DNA of 58,286 bases from assembly GCA_015059155.1 (NCBI GenBank), contig SVAX01000004.1, forward strand, positions 1 through 58,286. Direction: 5' to 3'. The DNA is from Bacillota bacterium. Lineage in GTDB: Bacteria; Bacillota_I; Bacilli_A; RF39; UBA660. Below are positions 39,111 to 49,233 of the stretch, piece after piece; positions within the stretch are counted from its first letter, which is position 1; each line of letters starts with the position of its first letter. The notes below the pieces were generated by a model, which was not told where the DNA came from, ran no database searches, and was given only the letters and a program-made list of their open reading frames with translations. The position numbers and the translations under genes are program-made.

Positions 39111-39413
39111 ATGAGAAATTATGAAATTATGTTTGTTGTAAGACCTACATTAGGAGAAGATGAAATAAAAAAAGTTGCATCTAACTTCCAAAAAACATTA
39201 GAAACTAATGGAGCTAAAGTTACAGGCGTTGACGCTTGGGGACAAAAATCATTAGCTTACGAAATCAAAGTAGGAAGCAATACTTACAAAAGCGGATATT
39301 ACTTCGTAGTTACATTAGAAGCTGGTGACGACAAAGCTATTAAAGAATTTGATCGTTTAGCTTTAATTAGTGGCGATATTATAAGACATATAATTATCAA
39401 TAAGGAAGACTAA
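39111..39413 (+). CDS. rpsF: 30S ribosomal protein S6
   Basis: MRNYEIMFVVRP, WG..LAYEI. Confidence 0.97.
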   Translation: MRNYEIMFVVRPTLGEDEIKKVASNFQKTLETNGAKVTGVDAWGQKSLAYEIKVGSNTYKSGYYFVVTLEAGDDKAIKEFDRLALISGDIIRHIIINKED

Positions 39414-39424
39414 GAGGTGAATCT

Positions 39425-39883
39425 ATGAATAAAGTAGTATTAGTAGGAAGATTAACTGCTAAACCAGAATTACGTTATACACCACAAAATACAGCATACA
39501 CAAGATTTAGTGTTGCAGTAAATAGAAATTTTACAAACGCTGATGGAAAAAGAGATGCTGATTTTATAAATGTAGTTGCATGGCGTAAACAAGCAGAAAC
39601 AATATCAAAGTATTTTGATAAAGGAAATTTAATTGCCCTAGAGGGTAGATTACAAACTGGAAGTTACGATGACAAAGATGGAAACAAAAGATATACTGTT
39701 GATGTTGCGTTAGATAATTTTGAATTTGTTGAAAGTAAAGCATCAAGGGAACAATCAAGTTTAAATAATTCAACTCCATATGATTATCAAGACAGTAACA
39801 TTGCTCCAGAAGTAAATGTAGAAAATGATCCATTTGCTGAATTTGGAGATAGCGTTTCTATAGATGATAACTTCCTAGAATAA
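39425..39883 (+). CDS. ssb: Single-stranded DNA-binding protein
   Basis: MNKVVLVGRL..PELRYT, ADFI..VAW. Confidence 0.97.
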   Translation: MNKVVLVGRLTAKPELRYTPQNTAYTRFSVAVNRNFTNADGKRDADFINVVAWRKQAETISKYFDKGNLIALEGRLQTGSYDDKDGNKRYTVDVALDNFEFVESKASREQSSLNNSTPYDYQDSNIAPEVNVENDPFAEFGDSVSIDDNFLE

Positions 39884-39898
39884 TAGGAGGAATAATAA

Positions 39899-40117
39899 AT
39901 GGCAGAGTTTTATAGAAAAAAGAAAAAAATTTGTCAAATGTGTGCTGGTAAAGATGTAGATTATAAAAATATTGAAGTAATCAAAAAATATGTAAGTGCA
40001 GACAAAGGCAAAATTTTACCAAGAAGAATTACAGGTGCATGTGCTAAACATCAAAGACATATAGCTTCTCAAGTTAAATATGCTAGACATATGGCACTTA
40101 TACCATTCGTTAAATAA
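39899..40117 (+). CDS. rpsR: 30S ribosomal protein S18
   Basis: [20 protein letters not shown]. Confidence 0.97.
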   Translation: MAEFYRKKKKICQMCAGKDVDYKNIEVIKKYVSADKGKILPRRITGACAKHQRHIASQVKYARHMALIPFVK

Positions 40118-40142
40118 GATAGTTGTAAAACTATCTTTTTTT
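40116..40142 (+). terminator. Terminator of rpsF operon
   Basis: aagatagtt-gtaa-aactatctttttt. Confidence 0.75.
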
Positions 40143-40206
40143 GTTAGTGTGATTTGACAAAAGTAAAATTAAATGATAGTATAGACAAACAAATGAGGTG
40201 GGTACC

Positions 40207-41223
40207 ATGGATATAGATGTTTTATTAAATAAAATTAATATAAGCAATCAAAAGATAGAGATGAGTGAAATAGCCAAATTAAATTTAACAGATGAAGAGT
40301 TTGATAATTTAATAGAGGTGTTGGAAAATAAAGGTATTACCATAGAAGAAATTGAAGATTTAGATGATTATCAAACAAATGACGATACAATGAAACAATA
40401 CATGAGAGAAGTTAAGAAAATACCTTTATTAACTCCGGAACAAGTAATTGATATCTATGAACGTATTAAAAAAGGAGATATAGAAGCAAAAAAACTTTTA
40501 ATAGTTTCAAATCTTAAATTAGTTGTAAGTGTAGCTGTAAAATATTTAAATAGAGGTATTCCTATCGAGGATTTAGTTCAAGAGGGAAATATAGGACTTA
40601 TAAAAGCTATAGATAAATTTGATGTTACTAAGGGATTTAAGTTTTCAACGTATGCTACTTGGTGGATTAGACAAGCAATAACACGTGCAATTGCGGATAA
40701 ATCCCGTTTGATTCGTATTCCTGTTCATGCTAATGAAGTAATGAATAAAATTAAATCATTTGAAGCACAATTTAGATTAGAAATAGGAGAAAAACCTTCA
40801 TATAATGAAATTGCCTCTGCATTAGGTTATACAGAAGAACAAATAAGTAAATATAAAAGAGGTTTCCAAGATATAATTAGTTTAGAGACTCCTGTAGGAG
40901 AAGATAAAGAGAGTTTTTTAGAGGAATTTATAGCAACTGATGAAAATTTGCAAGAACAAATAGTAGATAAAATGAATTTTGAACAAATATTTAAAATAAT
41001 ACAAGATAAGTTAACTCCAAAAGAAGTAAACGTTCTAATTTATAGATTTGGTTTAGTTGACGGTGTAGAAAAAACTTTAAAAGAAATAGGGGATTCTTTA
41101 GGAGTATCAAGAGAAAGAGTTAGACAAATAGAAGCAAGAGCATTAAAAAAGATAAGAAATCATGTAAAAAAAATTTTTGAAAAAGCTGATTTTGATAATA
41201 AGGAATTTTATTATAGAAGATAA
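40207..41223 (+). CDS. RpoD/SigA-like sigma-70 factor (probable paralog)
   Basis: SNLKLVVSVA, DLVQEGNIGL, GFKFSTYATWWIRQAITRAIAD, SRERVRQIE. Confidence 0.9.
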   Translation: MDIDVLLNKINISNQKIEMSEIAKLNLTDEEFDNLIEVLENKGITIEEIEDLDDYQTNDDTMKQYMREVKKIPLLTPEQVIDIYERIKKGDIEAKKLLIVSNLKLVVSVAVKYLNRGIPIEDLVQEGNIGLIKAIDKFDVTKGFKFSTYATWWIRQAITRAIADKSRLIRIPVHANEVMNKIKSFEAQFRLEIGEKPSYNEIASALGYTEEQISKYKRGFQDIISLETPVGEDKESFLEEFIATDENLQEQIVDKMNFEQIFKIIQDKLTPKEVNVLIYRFGLVDGVEKTLKEIGDSLGVSRERVRQIEARALKKIRNHVKKIFEKADFDNKEFYYRR

Positions 41224-41231
41224 AATAATAT

Positions 41232-41263
41232 AAACCCTGTTTCAATATATAGAAACAGGGTTT
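41232..41263. terminator. Bidirectional terminator
   Basis: aaaccctgtttc...gaaacagggttt. Confidence 0.75.
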
Positions 41264-41311
41264 ATTATTGTTTATATATTAATATTTTGATTAAACTATC
41301 ATAAATAAAAA

Positions 41312-42508
41312 CTATCTTTTTATTTTTTTATATATTTTTAAAAGTATAGGATAGAATGTTTTTATAGGGTAATAAATCCATGAAACTGGTAAATCATATT
41401 CTCCTGTGAATTCCATAACTCTACCATTAAATTTTTGTTTAAATATAGTTAAATGATCATTAAGATTTCCATTAACGCCCCCTAAGTTACAATAGTGACA
41501 ATTGTTTTCTATAGAAAATTTAATCATTTCAAATACTAATCCTGCAGATATATTTAATTTACTAAACAAAGAACTATTACCTGCATATAAATATTCGCTA
41601 GTTCTAATACCTTTTTTATTTTTAGGAAGTAATAAAAGACCAGTAGAAACAGTTAAGATATTACCATTTTCTTTTATTAAATTTCTAACTTCTTCAATCT
41701 CTCCTTCCTTACCATTGTTTTCTTTTAAAAATTCTAAATATTTTTTTAAATCTATATTTCCAAAAAAAATGTAGGATCTATCTATAAAATTATTTAATAT
41801 TTTTACAAAGTATTCTTTGTTCCTTAAACTTATATTTTGCTTTTTTTCTGTTATCCTAAGCAATTCTACAAATTTATCTAATTTAGTTATGTCATTTGTT
41901 ATTTCAAAATATATTCCTCTTTTTTCATGGAAATTACCCAAATAATATTTAAATTTACTTTTATATGTTTTAAGTACCTCGTCTACTGTTAAAATTTTAG
42001 AATTGATATCACATATAGGGGCCATAACATTATATTGTGGTTGTAAATTTTTACCCATTTCTTTATTCATACCAGTATGTTTATATCCTAATTTAATAAG
42101 ATTATTATGTTTAATTTCGTAATTTTTTGAGTAGTTATGTTCCACTTCTTCATCTTTAAAACTGTTATCACTCTTACAAAAGTTAGGATCTATTTTAACT
42201 ACATAAGCATTGTTTTCCTTAGCTAATGCTTTAATATTTTTAGTCATAATTTCTAAATCATTAATATTAGTAAAATCTATTAAATATCCCCTAGGAATAT
42301 AAAACAATTTAATATTTTTAAAAACTTTCTTTACTAAGATCATACAAACAGCTACTAATTTTTTATCTTTATATAGACCACAGTGAAAATTATTCCAATT
42401 GTCTTTAATATTAGCCCATTCATATTCTTGCATAAAACTAGCCATAGAATAATTCTCAACAAACTTATCGTATTCTTTTTTATCTAAATTACTTGTAAAT
42501 GTATACAT
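41312..42508 (-). CDS. FemABX/MurM family peptidyl transferase (peptidoglycan bridge)
   Basis: SFMQ..EW...K, YIPRG, KIDP, YLYAG, NLGG, FK..F. Confidence 0.9.
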   Translation of the reverse strand: MYTFTSNLDKKEYDKFVENYSMASFMQEYEWANIKDNWNNFHCGLYKDKKLVAVCMILVKKVFKNIKLFYIPRGYLIDFTNINDLEIMTKNIKALAKENNAYVVKIDPNFCKSDNSFKDEEVEHNYSKNYEIKHNNLIKLGYKHTGMNKEMGKNLQPQYNVMAPICDINSKILTVDEVLKTYKSKFKYYLGNFHEKRGIYFEITNDITKLDKFVELLRITEKKQNISLRNKEYFVKILNNFIDRSYIFFGNIDLKKYLEFLKENNGKEGEIEEVRNLIKENGNILTVSTGLLLLPKNKKGIRTSEYLYAGNSSLFSKLNISAGLVFEMIKFSIENNCHYCNLGGVNGNLNDHLTIFKQKFNGRVMEFTGEYDLPVSWIYYPIKTFYPILLKIYKKIKR

Positions 42509-42620
42509 ATAATCCCATCTTTCTTTAATTATTATACCGTAAAGAACTATTTTTTACAACAGATAATCTACTTGTTAAAATATATAAAAAATAGTATAAT
42601 ATTTATTATAGAGGTGAGTT

Positions 42621-44228
42621 ATGAAAAAGAATACTTTAATAGAAGGTGCTTTAATTGCAACTTTAGGAATAATAATAGTAAAAGTAATAGGCTTGCTATA
42701 TGTTATACCTTTTAATGCTATAATTGGTGAACAAGGCGGCGCACTCTATGGATATGCTTATAATATTTATAATTTATTTTTAGCAGTATCTAGTGCAGGG
42801 TTTCCTTTTGCTATTAGTAAATTAACTAGTGAATATAGTGCTTTAGGTTATAAAAAAGCAGTAAAAGATACTTATAAATTATCTTTAAGAATAATATCAA
42901 TAATATCAGTTGTAATATTTATATTTTTATTTATATTTGCACCTCAAATAGGTAAATTAATAATAGGGGATTCTACTGGAGGAAATACAATATCTGATAT
43001 TGCATTTGTAATAAGAATGATATCATTCGCAATACTTGTTGTACCTTTTTTAAGCGTAACTAAAGGATTTTTACAAGGTCATAAGTATATAGCTCCTACT
43101 AGTATAAGTCAAATACTTGAACAAATTGTTAGAGTAGCAGTTATACTTATAGGTAGTTACATTGCTTTAAGAGTTTTTAAGACCGATATGAAAACTGCAA
43201 TAGGTATTTCAGTAACAGGAGCTTTCTTTGGAGGAATATTAGCTTATATTTATTTAAAAATAAAAATAAAGAAGTCTAAATTATTGCCTAGTAATAATGT
43301 TAAAGATGAAAAAGAAATAAGTAAAAAAGAAATAATAAAAAAAATACTTACTTATTCAATACCTTTTATAATAATAAGTTTAATCTATAATCTATATAAT
43401 ACAGTAGACATGATACTTATATCTAGAACTATGAATGATATACTTCATATGAGTGCGAGTACAACAGAATCCGTTGTTAGTATATTTACAACATGGGGAG
43501 TTAAACTAAATAATATATTACTTGCAGTTATAACAGGTTTAACAACTAGTTTAATACCTAATATAGTTTCAAGTTATACCAAAGGTAATATGAAAGATGT
43601 GGATAATAAATTTAATAAAGCTTTACAATATGTATTGTTTATATTAGTTCCAGCAACTTTATTTTTATCATTCTTAGCTGAACCGGTGTGGACTTTATTT
43701 TATGGAGAAAGTATTTATGGTCCAATAATTTTCAAAGTATATGTTTTCTATGCTTTATTTGGGGGATTATATACTATAGTAGTAAATACACTACAAGGTT
43801 TAAGTAAATATAAATTAGTAATAACTACAGTACTTATAGGATTAGTAATTAATACAGTACTTGATGTGCCAATGATGTTATTAGTAAATAAATTAGGTTA
43901 TGAAACAAGTTATGGAGCAGTACTTGCTGCTATGATAGGTTATAGTGCATCAATAATTATATCTTTAGTGGTACTTAATAAAAAATATAAATTTAGTTTT
44001 AATGATACTAGAAAAAAATTACCAAGTTATATTATATCTTGGTTAGTATTTGAAGTTTCTATTGTATTATTAAAATTAATTATCCCAACTAATTTAGATG
44101 GAAGACTTATACAAATACCAATATTATTATTATTTGGAATAGTAAGTTTTGGATTATATTTTGTTGTACATTATTTTAGTGGTAATTTAAAAACATTATT
44201 TAACATAAATTTAAAGAAAGGAAAATAG
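42621..44228 (+). CDS. MurJ/YtgP-like flippase (MOP superfamily)
   Basis: GLLYVIPF, SSAGFPFAISKL, SQILEQIVRV. Confidence 0.9.
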   Translation: MKKNTLIEGALIATLGIIIVKVIGLLYVIPFNAIIGEQGGALYGYAYNIYNLFLAVSSAGFPFAISKLTSEYSALGYKKAVKDTYKLSLRIISIISVVIFIFLFIFAPQIGKLIIGDSTGGNTISDIAFVIRMISFAILVVPFLSVTKGFLQGHKYIAPTSISQILEQIVRVAVILIGSYIALRVFKTDMKTAIGISVTGAFFGGILAYIYLKIKIKKSKLLPSNNVKDEKEISKKEIIKKILTYSIPFIIISLIYNLYNTVDMILISRTMNDILHMSASTTESVVSIFTTWGVKLNNILLAVITGLTTSLIPNIVSSYTKGNMKDVDNKFNKALQYVLFILVPATLFLSFLAEPVWTLFYGESIYGPIIFKVYVFYALFGGLYTIVVNTLQGLSKYKLVITTVLIGLVINTVLDVPMMLLVNKLGYETSYGAVLAAMIGYSASIIISLVVLNKKYKFSFNDTRKKLPSYIISWLVFEVSIVLLKLIIPTNLDGRLIQIPILLLFGIVSFGLYFVVHYFSGNLKTLFNINLKKGK

Positions 44229-44229
44229 T

Positions 44230-44673
44230 ATGAAAATAGGAATAACAAACGATCATAGAGGAATAGAAACAAAACAAAAATTGACAGAATATTTAAATAA
44301 TAAAGGTTATAATGTAGTTGATTATGGGACAAACCAAGAAGGAAGAGTAGATTATACAACTTATGGTTTTATATTAGGTGAAAAAGTTGCTGCCAAAGAA
44401 GTTGATTATGGTATAGCTATATGTGGAAGTGCGATAGGCATATCAATCGCTTGTAACAAAGTAAAAGGTGTAAGATGTGGTAAAATCAATACAGTAGAAG
44501 AAGCTATACATGGGAAAGAAAGAGATTTTGTAAATGTAATAGCTCTTTCAGGAGAAGCACCTATAGAAGAAAATATAAAAATAGTCGATGCTTTCTTAAG
44601 TGCTGAAGAAAACACAACAGATCCAGTATATAAAAATAGAATAGATCAAATAGTGGAATACGAAAATGATTAA
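44230..44673 (+). CDS. rpiB: RpiB/LacAB family sugar-phosphate isomerase
   Basis: DHRG, DYGT, CGSAIG.SIACNKVKGVR. Confidence 0.85.
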   Translation: MKIGITNDHRGIETKQKLTEYLNNKGYNVVDYGTNQEGRVDYTTYGFILGEKVAAKEVDYGIAICGSAIGISIACNKVKGVRCGKINTVEEAIHGKERDFVNVIALSGEAPIEENIKIVDAFLSAEENTTDPVYKNRIDQIVEYEND

Positions 44674-44860
44674 GGCTATTTTATATATAATACTTCTTCC
44701 ATTTACTATATGGGCAATGGAAGGATTAGATTTAAATAAACTATTTAAACAATCTAGAGTTTATCAAGCTAGAATTATGTATTTAATGATTGCTATGTCT
44801 ATAGCGTATTTAGTAGTAAACTTTTTATATGATTTCTTTATAAATTTTAAAGTAATATAG
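44666..44860 (+). CDS. DUF1146 (YwzB-like) small membrane protein
   Basis: WAM..LD..KLFK...QAR...IAYLV.NF; synteny with spoIID. Confidence 0.85.
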   Translation: MIKAILYIILLPFTIWAMEGLDLNKLFKQSRVYQARIMYLMIAMSIAYLVVNFLYDFFINFKVI

Positions 44861-44888
44861 TAGTATGTTTTTTTAAGGAGATGGTATC

Positions 44889-45803
44889 TTGATAAAAAAA
44901 ATACTACTTTTTTCATCTTTAATTATTTTTATACCTTTTATAGTTGTTACTCTTTTTATTAGAGATGATGAAATAACTTTTAACTTTTCACAGAATAGTG
45001 TAGTTAGAGTATTTGATGAAGAAAGTAATACTATAAGTTATGTTCCTATAGAAGAATATGTAGTAGGTGTTGTAGCAGGAGAAATGCCTATTGAATTTGA
45101 GTTAGAAGCTTTAAAAGCTCAGGCGGTAGCTGCTAGAAGTTATGTAATGATACAAATGGAAAGAAACATAAAAAAAGATTATGATGTAGTAGATACAGTA
45201 ATGAATCAAGTATATTTAGATAAAGAATACTTAATAACAGCGTGGAAAAATTCATATACAGAAAACATTAATAAAGTAAAAACAGCTGTACTTGAAACAA
45301 AAGGAGAATATATATCGTATAACGATAAAGTTGCAGAAGCACTATTCTTTTCAACTAGTCCAGGAGTTACAGAAAATAGCGAAGATGTATTTACAAATAA
45401 AGTTGCTTATCTAAGAAGTGTAGAAAGTATTTGGGATGAAATATCACCCGTTTATACATCTAATACTACATATACTTTAAAAGAATTTTATAATTTATTA
45501 AATCTTGATTATAATGAAGAATTAAATATAGAAATAACAAATAAGACATCTACAGGTAGAGTAAAAAAAATAAAAATAAATGGTAAAGAATTAACAGGTA
45601 GTTATGTGTGTTCTAAGTTAGAATTAAGATCTACTTTTTTTGAAATAATAAAAGAAGATAATAAAATAATAATAAAAAATAAAGGATATGGACATGGAGT
45701 TGGTATGAGTCAGTATGGAGCACAAGGTATGGCAAAAGCAGGATATACTTATCAAGATATTTTAAAACATTATTACACTGGTATTGAAATAAAAAAATTT
45801 TAA
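44889..45803 (+). CDS. spoIID: Stage II sporulation protein D
   Basis: EEYVVGVVAGEMP..FELEALKAQAVAAR, GYGHGVGMSQYGA, YY.G. Confidence 0.95.
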   Translation: MIKKILLFSSLIIFIPFIVVTLFIRDDEITFNFSQNSVVRVFDEESNTISYVPIEEYVVGVVAGEMPIEFELEALKAQAVAARSYVMIQMERNIKKDYDVVDTVMNQVYLDKEYLITAWKNSYTENINKVKTAVLETKGEYISYNDKVAEALFFSTSPGVTENSEDVFTNKVAYLRSVESIWDEISPVYTSNTTYTLKEFYNLLNLDYNEELNIEITNKTSTGRVKKIKINGKELTGSYVCSKLELRSTFFEIIKEDNKIIIKNKGYGHGVGMSQYGAQGMAKAGYTYQDILKHYYTGIEIKKF

Positions 45804-45856
45804 AAAAATGAATAAAAGAAATTATTTTGTTCACACTTATTAGTGAGGTGAATGAA

Positions 45857-46483
45857 ATGAAAAGACAATTAAAAAAATCAGTTGTATATGGACTTTATGC
45901 TTTATCTTTTACACTATTAGTTGGAGGGATAGCTATCTTAGGATTTGTTGCTAAAGATGTAAGTGAACAAAAAACTTCATATGTATCAAAAGGAATACTT
46001 GATTATGAGGAAAAAGTGCCAGTAGTGAATACTGAAGTAAAGATTGTTAGACCTTATACAGATCAAGAGGTAAAAGTATCAAAAAACTTTTATGATTATC
46101 AAGATGAATCTTCTGAACAAGAACAATCTTTAATATACTATGAAGGGACTTATATGCAAAGTAGTGGAGTTTCATATTCAAAAGGAGATGCTTTTGACGT
46201 AGTTGCAATACTTGATGGAACTGTAAAAGAAGTTAAAGAAGATACAACACTTGGTAATATTATTACAATAGAACATGAAAATGGAATTACTAGTGTATAT
46301 CAAAGTGTTGGAGAAATAAGTGTAAAAGTAGATGATGTAGTAGTTGGAGGTCAAGTAATCGCAAAATCAGCAACTTCTAATATATCAACTGAGTTAGGTA
46401 ATCATTTATATTTTGAATTAATAATAGACGGAATATGTGTAGATCCAGAAAATTATTATGATAAATCAATCAATGAATTATAG
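45857..46483 (+). CDS. spoIIQ: SpoIIQ-like degenerate M23/LytM protein
   Basis: N-terminal TM, V.K.FYD, LytM core lacking the usual Zn ligands; between spoIID and spoIIID. Confidence 0.85.
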   Translation: MKRQLKKSVVYGLYALSFTLLVGGIAILGFVAKDVSEQKTSYVSKGILDYEEKVPVVNTEVKIVRPYTDQEVKVSKNFYDYQDESSEQEQSLIYYEGTYMQSSGVSYSKGDAFDVVAILDGTVKEVKEDTTLGNIITIEHENGITSVYQSVGEISVKVDDVVVGGQVIAKSATSNISTELGNHLYFELIIDGICVDPENYYDKSINEL

Positions 46484-46546
46484 GGCTTAGCCCTTTTTAT
46501 GTATAAACACATCTAAAATTTATATAATTTATTAGAGGGGTGTTTA

Positions 46547-46798
46547 ATGAATTCTTTAATTATTAAAAGAGTTGTTGATGAAGCTAATTATATGTTAGAT
46601 ACTAAAAAGACAATAAGAGAGATAGCTAAAATTTTTAATGTTTCTAAAAGTACTGTACATAAAGATTTACATGAAAGATTACTTGATATAGATTTTGAAC
46701 TTTATAAGAAAATAGATGATATTTTACAGTATCACATAGATGTACGTCATATAAGAGGGGGAGAATCTACTAAAAAAAAGTATAAAAATTTAGCTTAA
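46547..46798 (+). CDS. spoIIID: Sporulation regulator SpoIIID
   Basis: TIREIAK.F.VSKSTVHKDL.ERL, RHIRGGESTK. Confidence 0.96.
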   Translation: MNSLIIKRVVDEANYMLDTKKTIREIAKIFNVSKSTVHKDLHERLLDIDFELYKKIDDILQYHIDVRHIRGGESTKKKYKNLA

Positions 46799-46853
46799 TA
46801 TAATAAAAAAATAGTAAGATATGGTATAATATATATAGTTGGAGGATGATAAT

Positions 46854-47843
46854 ATGTTTGCTAAAGATATTGGTATAGATTTAGGTACGGCTAATGTATT
46901 AATTTATATTAAAGGTCAAGGAATTGTTCTTAATGAACCTAGTATAGTAGCAATCGATTCTGATTCAAAAAAAATACTTGCAGTTGGAACTCAAGCAAGA
47001 GAAATGCTTGGTAGAACTCCTGGTAAAGTACTAGCTATAAGACCTATGAAAGATGGAGTAATAGCTGATTTTGAAATAACAGAAATGATGCTTAATAGTT
47101 TTATTAGAAAAATAAATGGCAAGAGTTTCTTATCTAGACCTAGAATACTTATTTGTTGTCCTTCTAATATAACTCAAGTAGAAAAGAATGCTATAAAAGA
47201 AGCTGCAGAAAGAACAGGAGCTAGGAAGGTTTATTTAGAAGAAGAGCCTAAAGTAGCTGCTATCGGTGCTGGACTTGATATATCTAGACCAAGTGGTAAT
47301 ATGGTTATAGATATTGGTGGAGGTACTACTGATATAGCAATATTATCTCTTGGAGATATTGTTACTAGTGAATCCATTAAAGTAGCTGGAAATACTTTTG
47401 ATAATGATATAATCAAATATATAAAAGATAAATATAAGTTACTTATTGGAGATAGAACTGCAGAGGAAATTAAGTTAGAAATAGGTTCTGTTTACCCTGA
47501 AAATAGAAATGAAAAAATGGAAGTTAAAGGAAGAGATTTAGTTACAGGACTTCCTCACACTATAACATTGTGTAGTGAAGAAGTAGAAGAAGCGTTAAGA
47601 GAAAGTGTATATGCAATTATACATTCTGCAAAAAATGTACTTGAACAAACTCCACCAGAACTTGCTGCAGACATTATAGATAAAGGTATAATAATAACAG
47701 GAGGAGGAGCACTTATTCATGGGTTTGATAATTTACTTGCTCATGAATTAAAAGTTCCTGTATTTGTTGCGGAAAGTCCACTTACTTGTGTAGTAGAGGG
47801 TACAGGAATACTTTTAGATAATTTGCACTTGTTAGAAAAATAA
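46854..47843 (+). CDS. mbl: MreB-like protein Mbl
   Basis: IGIDLGTAN, DIGGGTT, TGGGA; follows spoIIID as in Bacillus. Confidence 0.9.
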   Translation: MFAKDIGIDLGTANVLIYIKGQGIVLNEPSIVAIDSDSKKILAVGTQAREMLGRTPGKVLAIRPMKDGVIADFEITEMMLNSFIRKINGKSFLSRPRILICCPSNITQVEKNAIKEAAERTGARKVYLEEEPKVAAIGAGLDISRPSGNMVIDIGGGTTDIAILSLGDIVTSESIKVAGNTFDNDIIKYIKDKYKLLIGDRTAEEIKLEIGSVYPENRNEKMEVKGRDLVTGLPHTITLCSEEVEEALRESVYAIIHSAKNVLEQTPPELAADIIDKGIIITGGGALIHGFDNLLAHELKVPVFVAESPLTCVVEGTGILLDNLHLLEK

Positions 47844-47860
47844 AAAAGCTAGTAGATAAT

Positions 47861-48433
47861 TTATCTATTAGCTTTTTCATTAAATTTATTTAAATAATAT
47901 TCTCTTAATTCCTTAAATCTATTAAAGTGAACAACTTCTCTTTGTCTTAAGAATGCTAAAGGTGCAAGTAAATCAGGATCGTTAGTTAAATTCATTAAGT
48001 GTTCATAAGTTGCGCGTGCTTTTTGTTCAGCGGCCATATCTTCCATTAAGTCAGCATTCCAATCTCCAAGTGCTTGAAAATATGCTGATGTAAAAGGAAC
48101 TCCGTTAGCATCTACAGGGAATAAAGCGTGGTCGTGTTGAACATATTGACCAGTAAGACCTGCATCCATTAATTCTTTTGGAGTAGCTCCAGCCATTAAT
48201 TGTTTAACCATAGTAGCTATCATCTCAACGTGAGACATCTCTTCTATACCAATGTCGTTAAGAAGAGCATAACCTCTTTCATCAGGCATTGTATATCTTT
48301 GATTTAAATATCTCATAGCAGCAGACCACTCTCCATCTGGCCCACCATATTGAGCTAATAATGCTTTTGCCATTTTTAAATCTTTTTTCTTTATATTTAT
48401 AGGATACTCTAATTTTTTTACATATTTAAACAT
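47861..48433 (-). CDS. cotJC: CotJC-like manganese catalase family spore coat protein
   Basis: QYGGPDGE, EE.SHVEM, AAEQKARATYE, REVVH..RF. Confidence 0.93.
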   Translation of the reverse strand: MFKYVKKLEYPINIKKKDLKMAKALLAQYGGPDGEWSAAMRYLNQRYTMPDERGYALLNDIGIEEMSHVEMIATMVKQLMAGATPKELMDAGLTGQYVQHDHALFPVDANGVPFTSAYFQALGDWNADLMEDMAAEQKARATYEHLMNLTNDPDLLAPLAFLRQREVVHFNRFKELREYYLNKFNEKANR

Positions 48434-48442
48434 ATAATCCTC

Positions 48443-48925
48443 CTAATTGTCCCAAGGCCATGGCATATCTTTCCATGCCCAAGGATATGAATTTAAACTG
48501 TCACTATCAAGAGTAATAGGTCCATATTTAGACTCATATTCTTTTATTAAATTTTCTTTTTGCTCTCTATATTGATTAAATAATTTAATGGCATCTTGAT
48601 TATTAGGATTTACATCTAATAAAAGACCTAAATCTACCATGGCAAAACTTAAAGCATCTATATTAGTTAAATCTTCTGCTTGTGCGTTCATTGGCTTAAT
48701 ATCATATGGCTCACCTGATTTATATGGGTCATATAAATTTTTAAACATATTTCCTCTAATAAGACCATTATAAGGATCATATAAATTAGTATTTGCATTC
48801 ATATTATTATAATCTTTATATTGGCTATTAAATGGGGTAATTTGTTTGTTATACAAATTTACGTTTGGCATCATATTGGAATTTGTATAATTATTATAAT
48901 TTTTGAAATTTGGGTAATTATTCAT
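48443..48925 (-). CDS. cotJB: CotJB spore coat protein with N-terminal CotJA-like segment
   Basis: F..VDL.L.LD.NP...YE..YGP...W.W...PWPW; LYDPYNGLIRGNMFKNLYDPY. Confidence 0.85.
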   Translation of the reverse strand: MNNYPNFKNYNNYTNSNMMPNVNLYNKQITPFNSQYKDYNNMNANTNLYDPYNGLIRGNMFKNLYDPYKSGEPYDIKPMNAQAEDLTNIDALSFAMVDLGLLLDVNPNNQDAIKLFNQYREQKENLIKEYESKYGPITLDSDSLNSYPWAWKDMPWPWDN

Positions 48926-49078
48926 AATTTCCTCCTCGCTATATATTATGAATGGTTATTAAATATGTATAGGTTATTGTCTAATTATGAAAAAAATAAA
49001 AAAAGGTATAGACAAAGTTAGGATAATTTGATAAAATATGTTTCGTAAGTCGGAAATCGAAGACTTAAATTATTATTT

Positions 49079-49155
49079 GGCGAAATTGGTGAAGTGGTTA
49101 ACACGGTGGATTGTGGTTCCATTATGCAAGGGTTCGATTCCCTTATTTCGCCCCA
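49079..49155 (+). tRNA. tRNA-His (GTG)
   Basis: G-1, acceptor gcgaaat/atttcgc, anticodon loop ttGTGgt, ggttcgattcc T-arm, encoded CCA. Confidence 0.97.
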
Positions 49156-49166
49156 TCTAAAAAATA

Positions 49167-49196
49167 ACGATTTTGAGATACCAAAGTCGTTTTTTA
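49167..49196 (+). terminator. Terminator after tRNA-His
   Basis: aacgattttg...caaagtcgtttttt. Confidence 0.7.
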
Positions 49197-49233
49197 TATA
49201 TAATAAAAAATTTTTAAAATAATATATTTAAAT

